This document shows, in pieces, positions 25,926-35,188 of a stretch of DNA of 64,000 nucleotides (its first letter is position 1; each line of letters starts with the position of its first letter). The stretch spans positions 768,001 to 832,000 of the forward strand of contig CAVSTP010000003.1 in the NCBI GenBank assembly GCA_963730935.1, given 5' to 3'. Made by a program: the position numbers and the translations under genes. Origin of the DNA: an uncultured Nitrospiraceae bacterium (lineage in GTDB: Bacteria; Nitrospirota; Nitrospiria; Nitrospirales; Nitrospiraceae). The notes beneath the pieces are model-generated. The model did not search any database and was not told the origin of the DNA. It saw only the letters and a program-made list of their open reading frames with translations.

Positions 25926-26360
25926 ATGAAAGCGTGGTTATTGGTCCTGGCGCTCGTGGTCATCGTTGGTCTCGCAGGCTGCGCGAAAAAGGGGAGGCCG
26001 CTCGCGCCACTGGCGCTGGACCGCGGTGCGACGCCGCAGGCTGTGACGTTGACGGAACAGGGAACGCAAGCCTATCAAACCCGACAGTTCGACGCGGCGA
26101 AGCAGTATTTTTCGCAAGCCCTGACGGCGGATCCGCAGTCCGGTCAGGCCCATTACAACTATGCGCTTGCGCTCAATGCGTTGGGCGATGTCGATGATGC
26201 GAGGCAGCATTTCATCGAGGCGGCCAACCTGGCGCCCGGCGATAAGACAATTTGGGATTCGCCCGCCCTGCATCAGTATGGCAATCCGCAGACGGAAAAG
26301 GTGTCTAAAGAACATAGGACGACGAACAGCCGCCCGACGTTCGGCGGTGGGCCTCGGTAG
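25926..26360 (+). CDS. TPR-containing lipoprotein
   Basis: RBS GGAGG; lipobox LAGC; TPRs (AHYNYALAL). Confidence 0.8.
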   Translation: MKAWLLVLALVVIVGLAGCAKKGRPLAPLALDRGATPQAVTLTEQGTQAYQTRQFDAAKQYFSQALTADPQSGQAHYNYALALNALGDVDDARQHFIEAANLAPGDKTIWDSPALHQYGNPQTEKVSKEHRTTNSRPTFGGGPR

Positions 26361-26371
26361 AGAGGATCAGC

Positions 26372-26842
26372 ATGGCCACAGAGCTCACGGTGGGAGACCC
26401 TGCGCCAGACCTGTCGCTACCTGACCAGCAGGGCAAGTCGGTGACCTTGAGAAGTTTCCGAGGAAAGCAGGTCGTGCTGTACTTCTACCCGAAGGACGAC
26501 ACGCCGGGCTGCACCAAGGAGTCGTGCGAATTTCGTGATGTGGAGTCCCAAATTGTGAGAGCGGGTGGGGTAATCCTCGGGGTGAGTTTGGACGACAAAG
26601 AATCCCACCAAAAATTCATCAAGAAATTCGGGTTGCCCTTTCCGCTGTTGAGCGATGAGGACGCCGCCGTGTCCAAGGCGTACGGTGTCTACAAAGAGAA
26701 AAATATGTACGGAAAGAAATACTGGGGGATCGAGCGCAGCACCTTTGTCGTTGATCCAAATGGCAAACTCAAGGCTGTGTTCAGGAAAGTAAAAGTCGAC
26801 GGGCATGTCGATGAAGTCCTGACAGCGCTCCGGTCCTCCTAG
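26372..26842 (+). CDS. bcp: Thioredoxin-dependent thiol peroxidase Bcp
   Basis: YFYPKDDTPGCTKESC, GIERSTF. Confidence 0.95.
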   Translation: MATELTVGDPAPDLSLPDQQGKSVTLRSFRGKQVVLYFYPKDDTPGCTKESCEFRDVESQIVRAGGVILGVSLDDKESHQKFIKKFGLPFPLLSDEDAAVSKAYGVYKEKNMYGKKYWGIERSTFVVDPNGKLKAVFRKVKVDGHVDEVLTALRSS

Positions 26843-26884
26843 CGCCACTCCGCTCTGCAACCATCGACGTTCCGACTCCACCCG

Positions 26885-27754
26885 ATGCAGTCCCGCCGAC
26901 GCATAGCCCACGCAACCTTCTTCCTGTTACTCGTGCTCCATTGGTGCAGCGATGGCGCCGTGAACGCTGCAGACAAGGTCTCCGCGACGGTCCTGGTCAA
27001 AGACAGTCTCGCGGCACCCAGGCAAGAGGCGACCATCGAAGCCAAACTGTTGGCGAAGGGGATTCTCCATAATTCGCCGTTGGGCGGAGAGCCCGTGGAA
27101 CTCCTCGTGAATGGCGTGGCGGCGGCGACGAGCATGACGGGTGGCGACGGCAGGGCTCTCCTGCCGTTCGTTCCGACCGGGAAGGGCATCGTGCAGGTTC
27201 AGGTGCGTGTGGGAGCGAGCCCCCGCGTATCGGCCGCGGAGGCCCACGCCAATCTGGTGGTATGGGAGCGGCGGACTCCCGTGCTCGTGGTCGAGCTGTC
27301 GTCACTGATCGAAGACGCTCGCTCCGAAGGGCCGTTGTCTGGCATTAGCTCCGGTCTCCAGCAGGACCTGAAGCCTATGGCCGATGCTGCCGAGGAACTG
27401 GCCAAACTGAGCCAGTTTTATTACGGGATCATGTACGTCGCAACGGTGCCTTCGGGCGCCGATGCATTTGCGATCAGCACTGACACGAGGAACTGGCTTG
27501 CGACGCACAAATTTCCTCCTGGTTTCGTACTGACGCTTCCGCGAGGAGAAGACGCGCTTGGGGCGAAAATCGATGAACTCCACGAGGCGGGCTGGAAAAG
27601 CGTGAAGACCGGAATCGGTCGCTCCAAAGTCTTCGTCGAAACGTTTCTTCGCCGCCGCCTCGAGGCGATCATGATGATTGACCCCTCCAGTGGCGACGCA
27701 CCCAGAAAGGCCAAGGTGGCGAAGAACTGGAAAGACGTACGGAAGAAGCTGTGA
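26885..27754 (+). CDS. Exported hypothetical protein: Ig-like N-terminus plus degenerate LNS2/HAD-like domain
   Basis: Signal peptide; C-terminal pattern IMYVAT...TRNWLATHKFPPG...TGIG; no DxD motif. Confidence 0.55.
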   Translation: MQSRRRIAHATFFLLLVLHWCSDGAVNAADKVSATVLVKDSLAAPRQEATIEAKLLAKGILHNSPLGGEPVELLVNGVAAATSMTGGDGRALLPFVPTGKGIVQVQVRVGASPRVSAAEAHANLVVWERRTPVLVVELSSLIEDARSEGPLSGISSGLQQDLKPMADAAEELAKLSQFYYGIMYVATVPSGADAFAISTDTRNWLATHKFPPGFVLTLPRGEDALGAKIDELHEAGWKSVKTGIGRSKVFVETFLRRRLEAIMMIDPSSGDAPRKAKVAKNWKDVRKKL

Positions 27755-27764
27755 CGGCATGTCC

Positions 27765-27946
27765 AGGAATGCCGGATGCTTCCTCACCTCCCGGAGCGAC
27801 CCTTCCGGACTCAGCCGAGTGGAAGCCTCCTGGAATTCCTTCGACTGCGGTCGTTGACCGCAGTGTCTCAGTCAGTTCCAGCTTTCCTCCTCGGCCGAGT
27901 CTCGGTGGGACCCCGCTCCTTCGGCGAAGTTGCATCCGGCATTCCT
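27765..27946 (-). ncRNA. 182-nt rod-shaped hairpin (6S-like ncRNA or MITE candidate)
   Basis: Nested inverted repeats: a perfect 15-bp closing stem, several inner stems and a 9-bp apical stem; G-U wobbles favour the minus strand. Confidence 0.4.
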
Positions 27947-28077
27947 AGCCACGCGCTTTGCTTTGGAGAGAGCGGTATGAAAGAAAGCGGCCAATAAGAG
28001 CGAGGCCTTCCTTCCTTTTAGTCTAGACTTTCCTCTATTATAAGGGCCGTCACATCTCTTTGGGGCTCACCAAAATC

Positions 28078-29439
28078 ATGAAAGCAAAGTCCGTCTTTTC
28101 CTGCCAGTCCTGCGGGCACCAATCTCCGCGGTGGCTGGGGCGCTGCCCGGATTGCGGCGGCTGGAACACCATGAAGGAAGAGCGTCAGGCTGCTACCGGC
28201 AAAGGACGTCCGGTTGCCCTCAAGAACTTGCAGGCGAAGCCGACCCCGATTGGAGAGATCGAAGTCATCGGCGAAGACCGTCGGCTGACCCGTATTGGTG
28301 AATTTGACCGTGTGCTGGGTGGAGGCGTGATTCCGGGTGCCGTGATCCTGATTGGTGGGGACCCGGGAATCGGAAAGACCACTCTGCTGTTACAGGCATT
28401 GCCCCGCCTTGCGTCGAGCACAGAGCCGGTCCTGTATGTCTCGGGCGAAGAGTCGCCCAGGCAGATCAAGATGCGGGGACAGCGGCTGGGGGTTGAGCAT
28501 CCACATTTACTGATTCTGGCCGAAACCTCGCTCGAAGAAATCTTGAAAGCCGTCCAGGCGATCCAGCCGGCGGCCATCGTCATCGATTCCATCCAGACGG
28601 TCTATACGGAGCAAATAACCTCGGCGCCAGGCAGCATCAGTCAGGTGCAGGAAGTGGCTGGACAACTCATGTGGTTCGCCAAGCGGGCGGGCATCCCGGT
28701 GTTTATCATCGGACACGTGACCAAGGAAGGGGCAATTGCAGGTCCGCGCTTGCTGGAACACATCGTCGACACGGTGCTGTATTTTGAAGGTGACAAGGGA
28801 CACAGCTATCGCATTCTCCGCGCCGTCAAAAACCGTTTCGGGTCCACGAACGAGATCGGTGTGTTCGAGATGAAAGAATCCGGCCTCGAAGAAGTGGCCA
28901 ATCCGTCTCAGTTGTTCTTAGGCGAGCGCCCGCAGCGGAGCACGGGTTCGGTCGTCGTGTCGAGTCTCGAAGGCTCGCGCCCCATCCTGGTCGAGTTGCA
29001 GGCGCTGGTCTCTGCGACAAGCTATGCGATGCCCAAGCGGATGGCCAACGGCGTGGACTTGAACCGGGTGTCGCTGCTGTTGGCCGTCATGGAGAAGCGG
29101 CTGGGCATGCATCTGTCGGGACAAGACGTCTATGTGAACGTGGTGGGCGGCATGCGCATCGACGAGCCTGCGATCGATCTGGGGATCGTCGCTGCCGTGA
29201 CGTCGAGTTTACGCGAAGTGGCGATAGAACCTGGTTTGCTCGTGCTGGGAGAAGTGGGGCTTGGAGGGGAAGTGCGGGGCATCACCCAGGCTGAATTGCG
29301 CATCCGCGAGGCCGCGAAGATGGGCTTCAAGCGTTGTCTCTTGCCAGAGCGGAATCTCGCGAAACTTGAAGCCATCGAGGGCATGGACCTGGTAGGAATC
29401 AGCGAAGTCGGGGAGGCGTTGGATGTGGTGTTGGCTTAA
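28078..29439 (+). CDS. radA: DNA repair protein RadA/Sms
   Basis: C4 zinc finger, GGDPGIGKTT, VSGEES, KNRFG, Lon-like C-terminus. Confidence 0.98.
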   Translation: MKAKSVFSCQSCGHQSPRWLGRCPDCGGWNTMKEERQAATGKGRPVALKNLQAKPTPIGEIEVIGEDRRLTRIGEFDRVLGGGVIPGAVILIGGDPGIGKTTLLLQALPRLASSTEPVLYVSGEESPRQIKMRGQRLGVEHPHLLILAETSLEEILKAVQAIQPAAIVIDSIQTVYTEQITSAPGSISQVQEVAGQLMWFAKRAGIPVFIIGHVTKEGAIAGPRLLEHIVDTVLYFEGDKGHSYRILRAVKNRFGSTNEIGVFEMKESGLEEVANPSQLFLGERPQRSTGSVVVSSLEGSRPILVELQALVSATSYAMPKRMANGVDLNRVSLLLAVMEKRLGMHLSGQDVYVNVVGGMRIDEPAIDLGIVAAVTSSLREVAIEPGLLVLGEVGLGGEVRGITQAELRIREAAKMGFKRCLLPERNLAKLEAIEGMDLVGISEVGEALDVVLA

Positions 29440-30256
29440 ATCGCCGACCGGGCGCTCTCCGAGCTTCTGGCATCTTCTTGTGTTCTGTGTACTCATCGCC
29501 GGCTGTGCGACGTCCGCGCCGCGCGAGGATCTTCAGCTGAAACGGGCCACGGTGGAGGAGTTGACGGCGCTGCTCCGCCAACGTGAATCGGCCATTCAGA
29601 CGATGAAAGGCCTCTTTAGCGCAAAAGTCCGTGGCGGGATCCTCCCGATTGCGACCCGCGTTGAAGGCACCATGTATTATCGACGTCCGAATGCCATGCG
29701 GCTTCGTGGCTTCACGGCCATCGGCAGCGAGTTGTTTGAATTCGTTCAGGGTGACGACCAGTTCACCTTGCGCCTTCCCACCATGGGCCGGGTGCTTACC
29801 GGCCATCCTGCCGACATGAGCGAAATGGGCAAACTGGCCCGACCGTTCCAATTGAGTGTGTGGGCAATGCGGGGGGTACTTGGAACCGGCACGATCGGCG
29901 TCAACGAAACGGCTCAGGTGGTCGAGGATGGGGATCAGTACCGGCTCGACATCTCCGGTCCTGCGCCCAATGGCGGATTACTGGTCCATCGCCGGCTTTG
30001 GTTCGACCGGCAGACTCTCTTGGTCGTAAAAGAGGATCGATTGACGGACACCGGCGAGATCGACGCCATCATCCAATATGAAGATTTCCGCGCGGTAGGT
30101 GAATCGGCCGGTGTTTCACTCGTTCCTGACGGCCGCTTGCTGCGTCCCTTCAAGATCTTGCTGGAAGATGGGCGAGGGCAGGGAAGCGTCCAGGTGACGT
30201 TTCATGAGTTAATCCCTAATACCGTCCTCAAGCCGAGCGAACTCGCACAAGGATAA
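29423..30256 (+). CDS. Lipoprotein, LolA/LolB-like fold
   Basis: Lipobox IAGC; YYRRPNAMRL; RLWFDRQTLL...IQYEDFR. Confidence 0.6.
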   Translation: MWCWLKSPTGRSPSFWHLLVFCVLIAGCATSAPREDLQLKRATVEELTALLRQRESAIQTMKGLFSAKVRGGILPIATRVEGTMYYRRPNAMRLRGFTAIGSELFEFVQGDDQFTLRLPTMGRVLTGHPADMSEMGKLARPFQLSVWAMRGVLGTGTIGVNETAQVVEDGDQYRLDISGPAPNGGLLVHRRLWFDRQTLLVVKEDRLTDTGEIDAIIQYEDFRAVGESAGVSLVPDGRLLRPFKILLEDGRGQGSVQVTFHELIPNTVLKPSELAQG

Positions 30257-30299
30257 CCGCCTCGTACCGGCGCCTCAGCTCGCATCTCAAGGCCCTGCG

Positions 30300-30436
30300 G
30301 GAAAAGGGCGCGTCTCGGCGCGCCCAGGGTTGGGTGGGTGAAATGCGGAGAAGGGCGCGTCGCGGGCGATCGATTGCACAGCAATCGGTGGGTGGGGGCG
30401 GGTGAAAAGATCGCGCAGGGTGGGTGGGTGAGCTCA
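30300..30436 (-). repeat. Dispersed GC-rich repeat cluster
   Basis: GGGCGCGTCTCGGCGCGCCCAGGGTTGGGTGGGTGAAA (reverse core) plus two more GGGYGGGTGA units. Confidence 0.8.
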
Positions 30437-30440
30437 AATC

Positions 30441-31223
30441 ATGAAGGTGCTTGCAGTCGAAACCGCAACGGCCTGGCAAAGCGTCGCCATTCTTAGTGGT
30501 GAACGGGTTCTTGCCCGTTGCGACCAGGCTGCGGCCGGCTCCCATGCTCGGCTGCTGCTCCCCGCCATCGACCGAGTTTTGTCGGATGCCGGCGTCCTGC
30601 CGGGAAAATTGGACGGGCTTGTCGTGTCCATCGGACCGGGATCCTTCACTGGGCTGCGAGTCGGCCTCTCCGCGGTGCTCGGTATCCGCACGGTCACGCA
30701 GGTGCCTCTGGTTGTCGTACCTACCCTCGAAGGGATGGCGTGGAACCTGCGCGATGCGGCCATGCCAGTCTGTCCAGTCATCAATAGCCGGCGCGGCGAA
30801 GTCTATTGGGCGCTGTTTCAATGGCGAGGCAACGACCATCTGGAGCGGCTCGTGCCGGAGCAGGTCGGCACCGCCGAAGCGTTGGGAAAACAACTCAGCG
30901 GCCGCGTGATCGTCTATGGTGAAGGATGGGAGACGGAGAAGGCGGCCATCAAGGCAGCCGTCGGGACCGCCGTCATCATGGAGGCCGCTGAGCAGATGAG
31001 ACCGTCGGCTGTGTCGGTCGGCTTGGCAGGACTGCTCCGGCTGTCTCGCGGCGATCGGGCCGGGCTGGGAATCAGTCCGCTGTACATTCAGCGCCCTGAA
31101 GCTGAACTCAAGTATGAACAGGCCGGAGGAATCTCACCGGTGATAAGGCGGCAGGAAAAGGTCGCGCAAAAACTCAAACGCCGTCTGGACAAGAAGCTGG
31201 CTCGTCCCAGGCGGAAGGCATGA
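30441..31223 (+). CDS. tsaB: tRNA t6A biosynthesis protein TsaB
   Basis: LAVETAT, GPGSFTGLRVG, RRGEVY, PLYIQ. Confidence 0.93.
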   Translation: MKVLAVETATAWQSVAILSGERVLARCDQAAAGSHARLLLPAIDRVLSDAGVLPGKLDGLVVSIGPGSFTGLRVGLSAVLGIRTVTQVPLVVVPTLEGMAWNLRDAAMPVCPVINSRRGEVYWALFQWRGNDHLERLVPEQVGTAEALGKQLSGRVIVYGEGWETEKAAIKAAVGTAVIMEAAEQMRPSAVSVGLAGLLRLSRGDRAGLGISPLYIQRPEAELKYEQAGGISPVIRRQEKVAQKLKRRLDKKLARPRRKA

Positions 31224-31756
31224 CGGCTTGCAATTGGTCCATAGAACCCGCAACCCTTGGATCTCTTTCAGATATTTTAAAGATAGAAGAAGCTTGCTTC
31301 TCGGCACCGTGGACGCGCAAAATGCTGGAAGCAGAGCTGAGCGGCAACCCCTTCGCGCATTTCCTGGTGGCCAGGCAGGAGGGGAGGACCGAGGTCTTGG
31401 CTGAGACGATAGTCGGGTATCTCTGTTATTGGATCGTCTTCGAGGAACTCCGGCTGATGAACCTGGCGGTCATCGAGTCGATGCGGCATCGCGGGATCGC
31501 CAGATCCCTGGTTTCCACCGCACTACAGACCGGTCTATCCCAATCTGCCCATCGTGCGGTTCTTGAAGTCCGGGCCTCGAACCAGGCCGCCCAACGGTTA
31601 TACGAAGGGTTCGGCTTTTCTCAAACGGCCATTCGGCCGAAGTATTATACCAATCCAGAGGAAGATGCCGTGCTCATGGAGTTGGACCCGATTGTCGTCA
31701 AGCCTGCCGGTTCGCCGGTGTGCCATGACGAGGAAGGACACCAGCCACTGCAATAA
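31220..31756 (+). CDS. rimI: Ribosomal-protein-alanine N-acetyltransferase
   Basis: PWT, NLAV, LEVRASN.AAQRLY..FGF, RPKYY..PEEDAVLM; follows tsaB. Confidence 0.92.
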   Translation: MTACNWSIEPATLGSLSDILKIEEACFSAPWTRKMLEAELSGNPFAHFLVARQEGRTEVLAETIVGYLCYWIVFEELRLMNLAVIESMRHRGIARSLVSTALQTGLSQSAHRAVLEVRASNQAAQRLYEGFGFSQTAIRPKYYTNPEEDAVLMELDPIVVKPAGSPVCHDEEGHQPLQ

Positions 31757-31779
31757 TCACTCAACCAGGAGGTACAACA

Positions 31780-32022
31780 ATGCTGACGGACAATCTGATC
31801 GTGGAGCGGCTCCGCCAATCGAACACAGAATTCCGCGAACTGGAAGAGTCCCACCATCGCCTCGACCTGGAATTGAATGAGTTGCAAAAACGCCATGTGT
31901 TGACGCCGACGGAAGAATTAACCAAGAAGCAGATGCAGAAGGAGAAACTTGCGAAGAAAGACAAGATGGCGGAGTTGATCCGCATCTATCGCGATCACGA
32001 TACGCACGCCACCGCCCACTGA
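31780..32022 (+). CDS. YdcH/DUF465-family small coiled-coil protein
   Basis: RBS AGGAGG; EFRELEESHHRLD...KEKLAKKD. Confidence 0.75.
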   Translation: MLTDNLIVERLRQSNTEFRELEESHHRLDLELNELQKRHVLTPTEELTKKQMQKEKLAKKDKMAELIRIYRDHDTHATAH

Positions 32023-32067
32023 GGAGCGTCATTGTGGGCCCGACTGGCCATAACCGGAACGCCGTTC

Positions 32068-32841
32068 ATGCCCCCGATCATCAATCCGCTGGCCGCACAC
32101 ATTCAGACCATCAAACGGCGCTTGATTATCATCGGAGTTACGCTGCTCGCGTCGCTGATGGTTGCCTTCGCCTATTCGGCCGAGATGGTGGCGTGGTTGA
32201 ATCGTCCCTTCCCCAATCCGCTGGTGTTCTACGGCCCGACGGAAGCGCTATTCGCCTCGATCAAGGTGTCGTTTCTTGCGGCGGTGCTAGTCAGCCTGCC
32301 GGTCGTGTTCTATCAGTTCTGGAAGTTCGTGCAACCGGCGCTGCTCCCCAGGGAGCAGCGCTGGGGCATTCCGCTGATCCTGCTTGCCGGGGTGCTCTTT
32401 AGCCTGGGACTGCTGTTCTGTAACCTCGTTATCCTGCCGCTCGTCATCGATTTCTTCGTCAGCTTCGGCATGGATCGGGACATTACGCCAGAGCTGAGCG
32501 TCGGCACGTACATCGATTTCAACGTCAAGTTTCTGCTGACGTTCGGGTGTGCGTTTGAATTGCCGCTGGTGCTCACCATCCTGGCGCGCGTCGGAGTGGT
32601 ATCCGCGCAGCAACTCGCGAAATATCGCAAACACGCCATTCTCAGTGCCTTGATCATCTCGGCCATCATCACGCCGGATGCCACACTTTTTACCATGATG
32701 CTAATGGCCGTTCCGTTGATGGTCCTGTACGAGATCGGCATCCTTGGCGCCCGGCTCTTCGGTCGCGATCAACCCACCGACGTGGATCTTCCTCTGGATC
32801 CCGACTTACCGATCGGGACAGCAGGGCATCGAGTTCGATAG
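32068..32841 (+). CDS. tatC: Twin-arginine translocase subunit TatC
   Basis: YQFWKFVQPAL, AFELP, AIITPD, LYEI. Confidence 0.93.
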   Translation: MPPIINPLAAHIQTIKRRLIIIGVTLLASLMVAFAYSAEMVAWLNRPFPNPLVFYGPTEALFASIKVSFLAAVLVSLPVVFYQFWKFVQPALLPREQRWGIPLILLAGVLFSLGLLFCNLVILPLVIDFFVSFGMDRDITPELSVGTYIDFNVKFLLTFGCAFELPLVLTILARVGVVSAQQLAKYRKHAILSALIISAIITPDATLFTMMLMAVPLMVLYEIGILGARLFGRDQPTDVDLPLDPDLPIGTAGHRVR

Positions 32842-32850
32842 GATAGTCCC

Positions 32851-33864
32851 ATGACGAGACGAGTGGTTACGGCGGTCATGACGTTGCTCTTGCTGTCGCC
32901 GACCTATCCGGCGTCCGGCCAACCCGGTCCGTTTGATCCACAGGCCGCCAGTATTCAGGCCCTGACAGTGGTCGGGACGGATGTGCTCTACGCAGGGTCC
33001 TTCGGGCTCGGCCTGTTTCGCAGTGAAGACCGCGGCACGACCTGGATGAAGTCCGGTGAAGGCGTGAGCGACCCGTTCATCTTGTCTCTGGCGACGGCAA
33101 AAGACGGAACAGTGTATGTGGGCACGTTTCGAGAGGGAGTGTTTCGAACCACGGATCAGGGCAAGAGCTGGCAATCCGTAAATGCCGGGCTCAAGCGCAA
33201 GGAAGTGAAGACCTTGCTGGCCGTTGGGGATCAGATGTATGCGGGGACCGCCGACGGCGCGTACCGGTTAAATCGGGTCGATGGCCGGTGGACGGTGGTG
33301 ACCAGCGGCCTCGATGAGATCCTCGTCCATGCGCTGGCGCAGTCGGCGGACGGCACGTTGTATGCTGGCACTTCCGGCAAGGGGGTCCTACGCTTCAAAG
33401 CCAATTCCAGCGGGTGGGTGCGTTTGCCCCATGGATTGAAAGATCACGAAGGAATGATCGAGAATTTCATCCGCGTCCTGACCATCGATCCCGAGGGCGG
33501 CATTTACGCCGGGACATTCGACGGCGGGGTTTTTCGAAGCAATGACGGCGGCACGACTTGGCGTCCGATCAGCCGCGCGTTACCGAATGATTCCATACGA
33601 GGGATCGTGTTCAACAGCCGTGGCCTGTTTGTCGCCACGGGCCACGGGATCTTCAAAACTACGGACAAGGGGCGGCAATGGGTTCCGCTGAACAACGGCT
33701 TGAGCAGCATGGCCATACAGGTCCTCGTCGAGTCATCCAATGGATCGCTGTATGCCGGGACCAACGCCGGCGCATTTCGCAGCGACGATGATGGGAAAAG
33801 CTGGAATGCCATCAATGCGGGGCTAGAAGGGGGCGTCGCTCCGCCGCCATTTCTGTTTCGGTAA
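32851..33864 (+). CDS. Exported BNR/Asp-box beta-propeller protein
   Basis: Signal peptide; repeated YAGT..GVFRSxDxGxTW units. Confidence 0.85.
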   Translation: MTRRVVTAVMTLLLLSPTYPASGQPGPFDPQAASIQALTVVGTDVLYAGSFGLGLFRSEDRGTTWMKSGEGVSDPFILSLATAKDGTVYVGTFREGVFRTTDQGKSWQSVNAGLKRKEVKTLLAVGDQMYAGTADGAYRLNRVDGRWTVVTSGLDEILVHALAQSADGTLYAGTSGKGVLRFKANSSGWVRLPHGLKDHEGMIENFIRVLTIDPEGGIYAGTFDGGVFRSNDGGTTWRPISRALPNDSIRGIVFNSRGLFVATGHGIFKTTDKGRQWVPLNNGLSSMAIQVLVESSNGSLYAGTNAGAFRSDDDGKSWNAINAGLEGGVAPPPFLFR

Positions 33865-33906
33865 GATACGCGCTGTTCAACAGATGATAAGAAAGGGAAG
33901 GGAGCC

Positions 33907-34416
33907 ATGGCTGACGTGACGGAGAAGACTAGAGCCACGATTTCGATCACCAGTAAGGGACAGCGAATCGGAGATATCGTCCTCCGATTCTTTCATGATG
34001 TCGCGCCCGGCCATGTGAAAAACTTCATCGACCTGGCCCAAAAAGGGTTTTACAACGGCACCACCTTTCATCGAGTAATTCCAAAATTCATGATCCAGGG
34101 GGGCGACCCGAACAGCAAGAATCCCGACCGCTCCTCTCATGGCATGGGCGGCCCCGGACACAAGGTCAAAGCAGAGTTCAACAGCAAACCGCACAAGCGG
34201 GGCGTCCTCTCGATGGCGCGCGCCAACGATCCGGACAGCGCCGGGTCCCAATTCTTCATCTGTGTGGCCGATTCGCATTTTTTGGATTGGCAATATACGG
34301 CGTTCGGCGAGGTCGTGAGCGGGATGGAGGTGGCCGATGCCGTCGTCGCCATGAAGCGAGACGGCCGGGACAACCCCCTGGAGCGGGTTGAGATGACGGT
34401 CACCATCACCGACTGA
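33907..34416 (+). CDS. Cyclophilin-type peptidyl-prolyl isomerase
   Basis: FHRVIPKFMIQGGDP, LSMARANDPDSAGSQFFI, YTAFGEV. Confidence 0.96.
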   Translation: MADVTEKTRATISITSKGQRIGDIVLRFFHDVAPGHVKNFIDLAQKGFYNGTTFHRVIPKFMIQGGDPNSKNPDRSSHGMGGPGHKVKAEFNSKPHKRGVLSMARANDPDSAGSQFFICVADSHFLDWQYTAFGEVVSGMEVADAVVAMKRDGRDNPLERVEMTVTITD

Positions 34417-34417
34417 C

Positions 34418-35167
34418 GTGATGATGGCGGAGGCCGCACAGGAATGCGGATGGAACCGGCTCGCAAGGGGCGGCTCCTCCTTGACACTGTTCCCGCAACT
34501 TCTCGTTTGGCTCCTGGTCGCCGGCTGTGCCATTCCGTACGTTCCCTACCGCACGATCTACGAAGACCCGGTCAATTACGTCCGCTTGGAGGAAGATGAC
34601 GCTGTGCTCCCGGAATGGCCACCGGGGCACCATGCCCATCCAAAGGCCTTCACCGTCGATCAGGTGACACGCCTGCTCAACGGCATGACCGTGAAAGAGC
34701 ATCGCATCTGGCTTCAAAAATTGTTCCAAGGTGAGGCGCCGCTCGTCCCCGTCTTTAAGGATGAGGAGGTGGCATTACTGGCTCCCCAACTGGCCGAGGC
34801 CTTTGCTGTCTCGACATACAACGAACGGGTCACCTTTTATCTGAGCCAGCCCCAAACGTCGGTCAAGCGGGTGATTACGTCAGGCGGAATGTACGTGCAC
34901 GGAGACCAGTTGCACGTCCTCCTCGGCAACTGGCAGATTGTCTACGGGATTCCGACGTACGGCATGATTTACGACCGCCGGTACCCGATGCGTCCCACGG
35001 CGGCCAAGGGATTTGATCTGTATTTTGAACCCTCCGAAGCGGTGGTGAGGCAAGGCAGCAGCGTGTGGGACACCATCTTCGCCAACACGAAGGATGAACT
35101 CGTAATCGACATGAGCCGCTGGCACGCGTCGGTGGACCCTCGGTCCGTCCGCAACCACGCTCCATGA
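34418..35167 (+). CDS. Hypothetical lipoprotein (paralog of 60077-60802)
   Basis: Lipobox VAGC; shared motifs HP, F..EE..LLAP.L, ERV.F.L, TSG. Start uncertain. Confidence 0.7.
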   Translation: MMMAEAAQECGWNRLARGGSSLTLFPQLLVWLLVAGCAIPYVPYRTIYEDPVNYVRLEEDDAVLPEWPPGHHAHPKAFTVDQVTRLLNGMTVKEHRIWLQKLFQGEAPLVPVFKDEEVALLAPQLAEAFAVSTYNERVTFYLSQPQTSVKRVITSGGMYVHGDQLHVLLGNWQIVYGIPTYGMIYDRRYPMRPTAAKGFDLYFEPSEAVVRQGSSVWDTIFANTKDELVIDMSRWHASVDPRSVRNHAP

Positions 35168-35188
35168 TCACGATCCCGCGACGGCTAT

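Noticed and set aside
2135..30436. GC-rich repeats as a CRISPR array
   Set aside because: The copies are dispersed and degenerate, there is no regular repeat-spacer period, and no cas genes are present.
32068..32841. tatC without adjacent tatA/tatB as an anomaly
   Set aside because: Split tat loci are common and tatA/B may be elsewhere in the genome.
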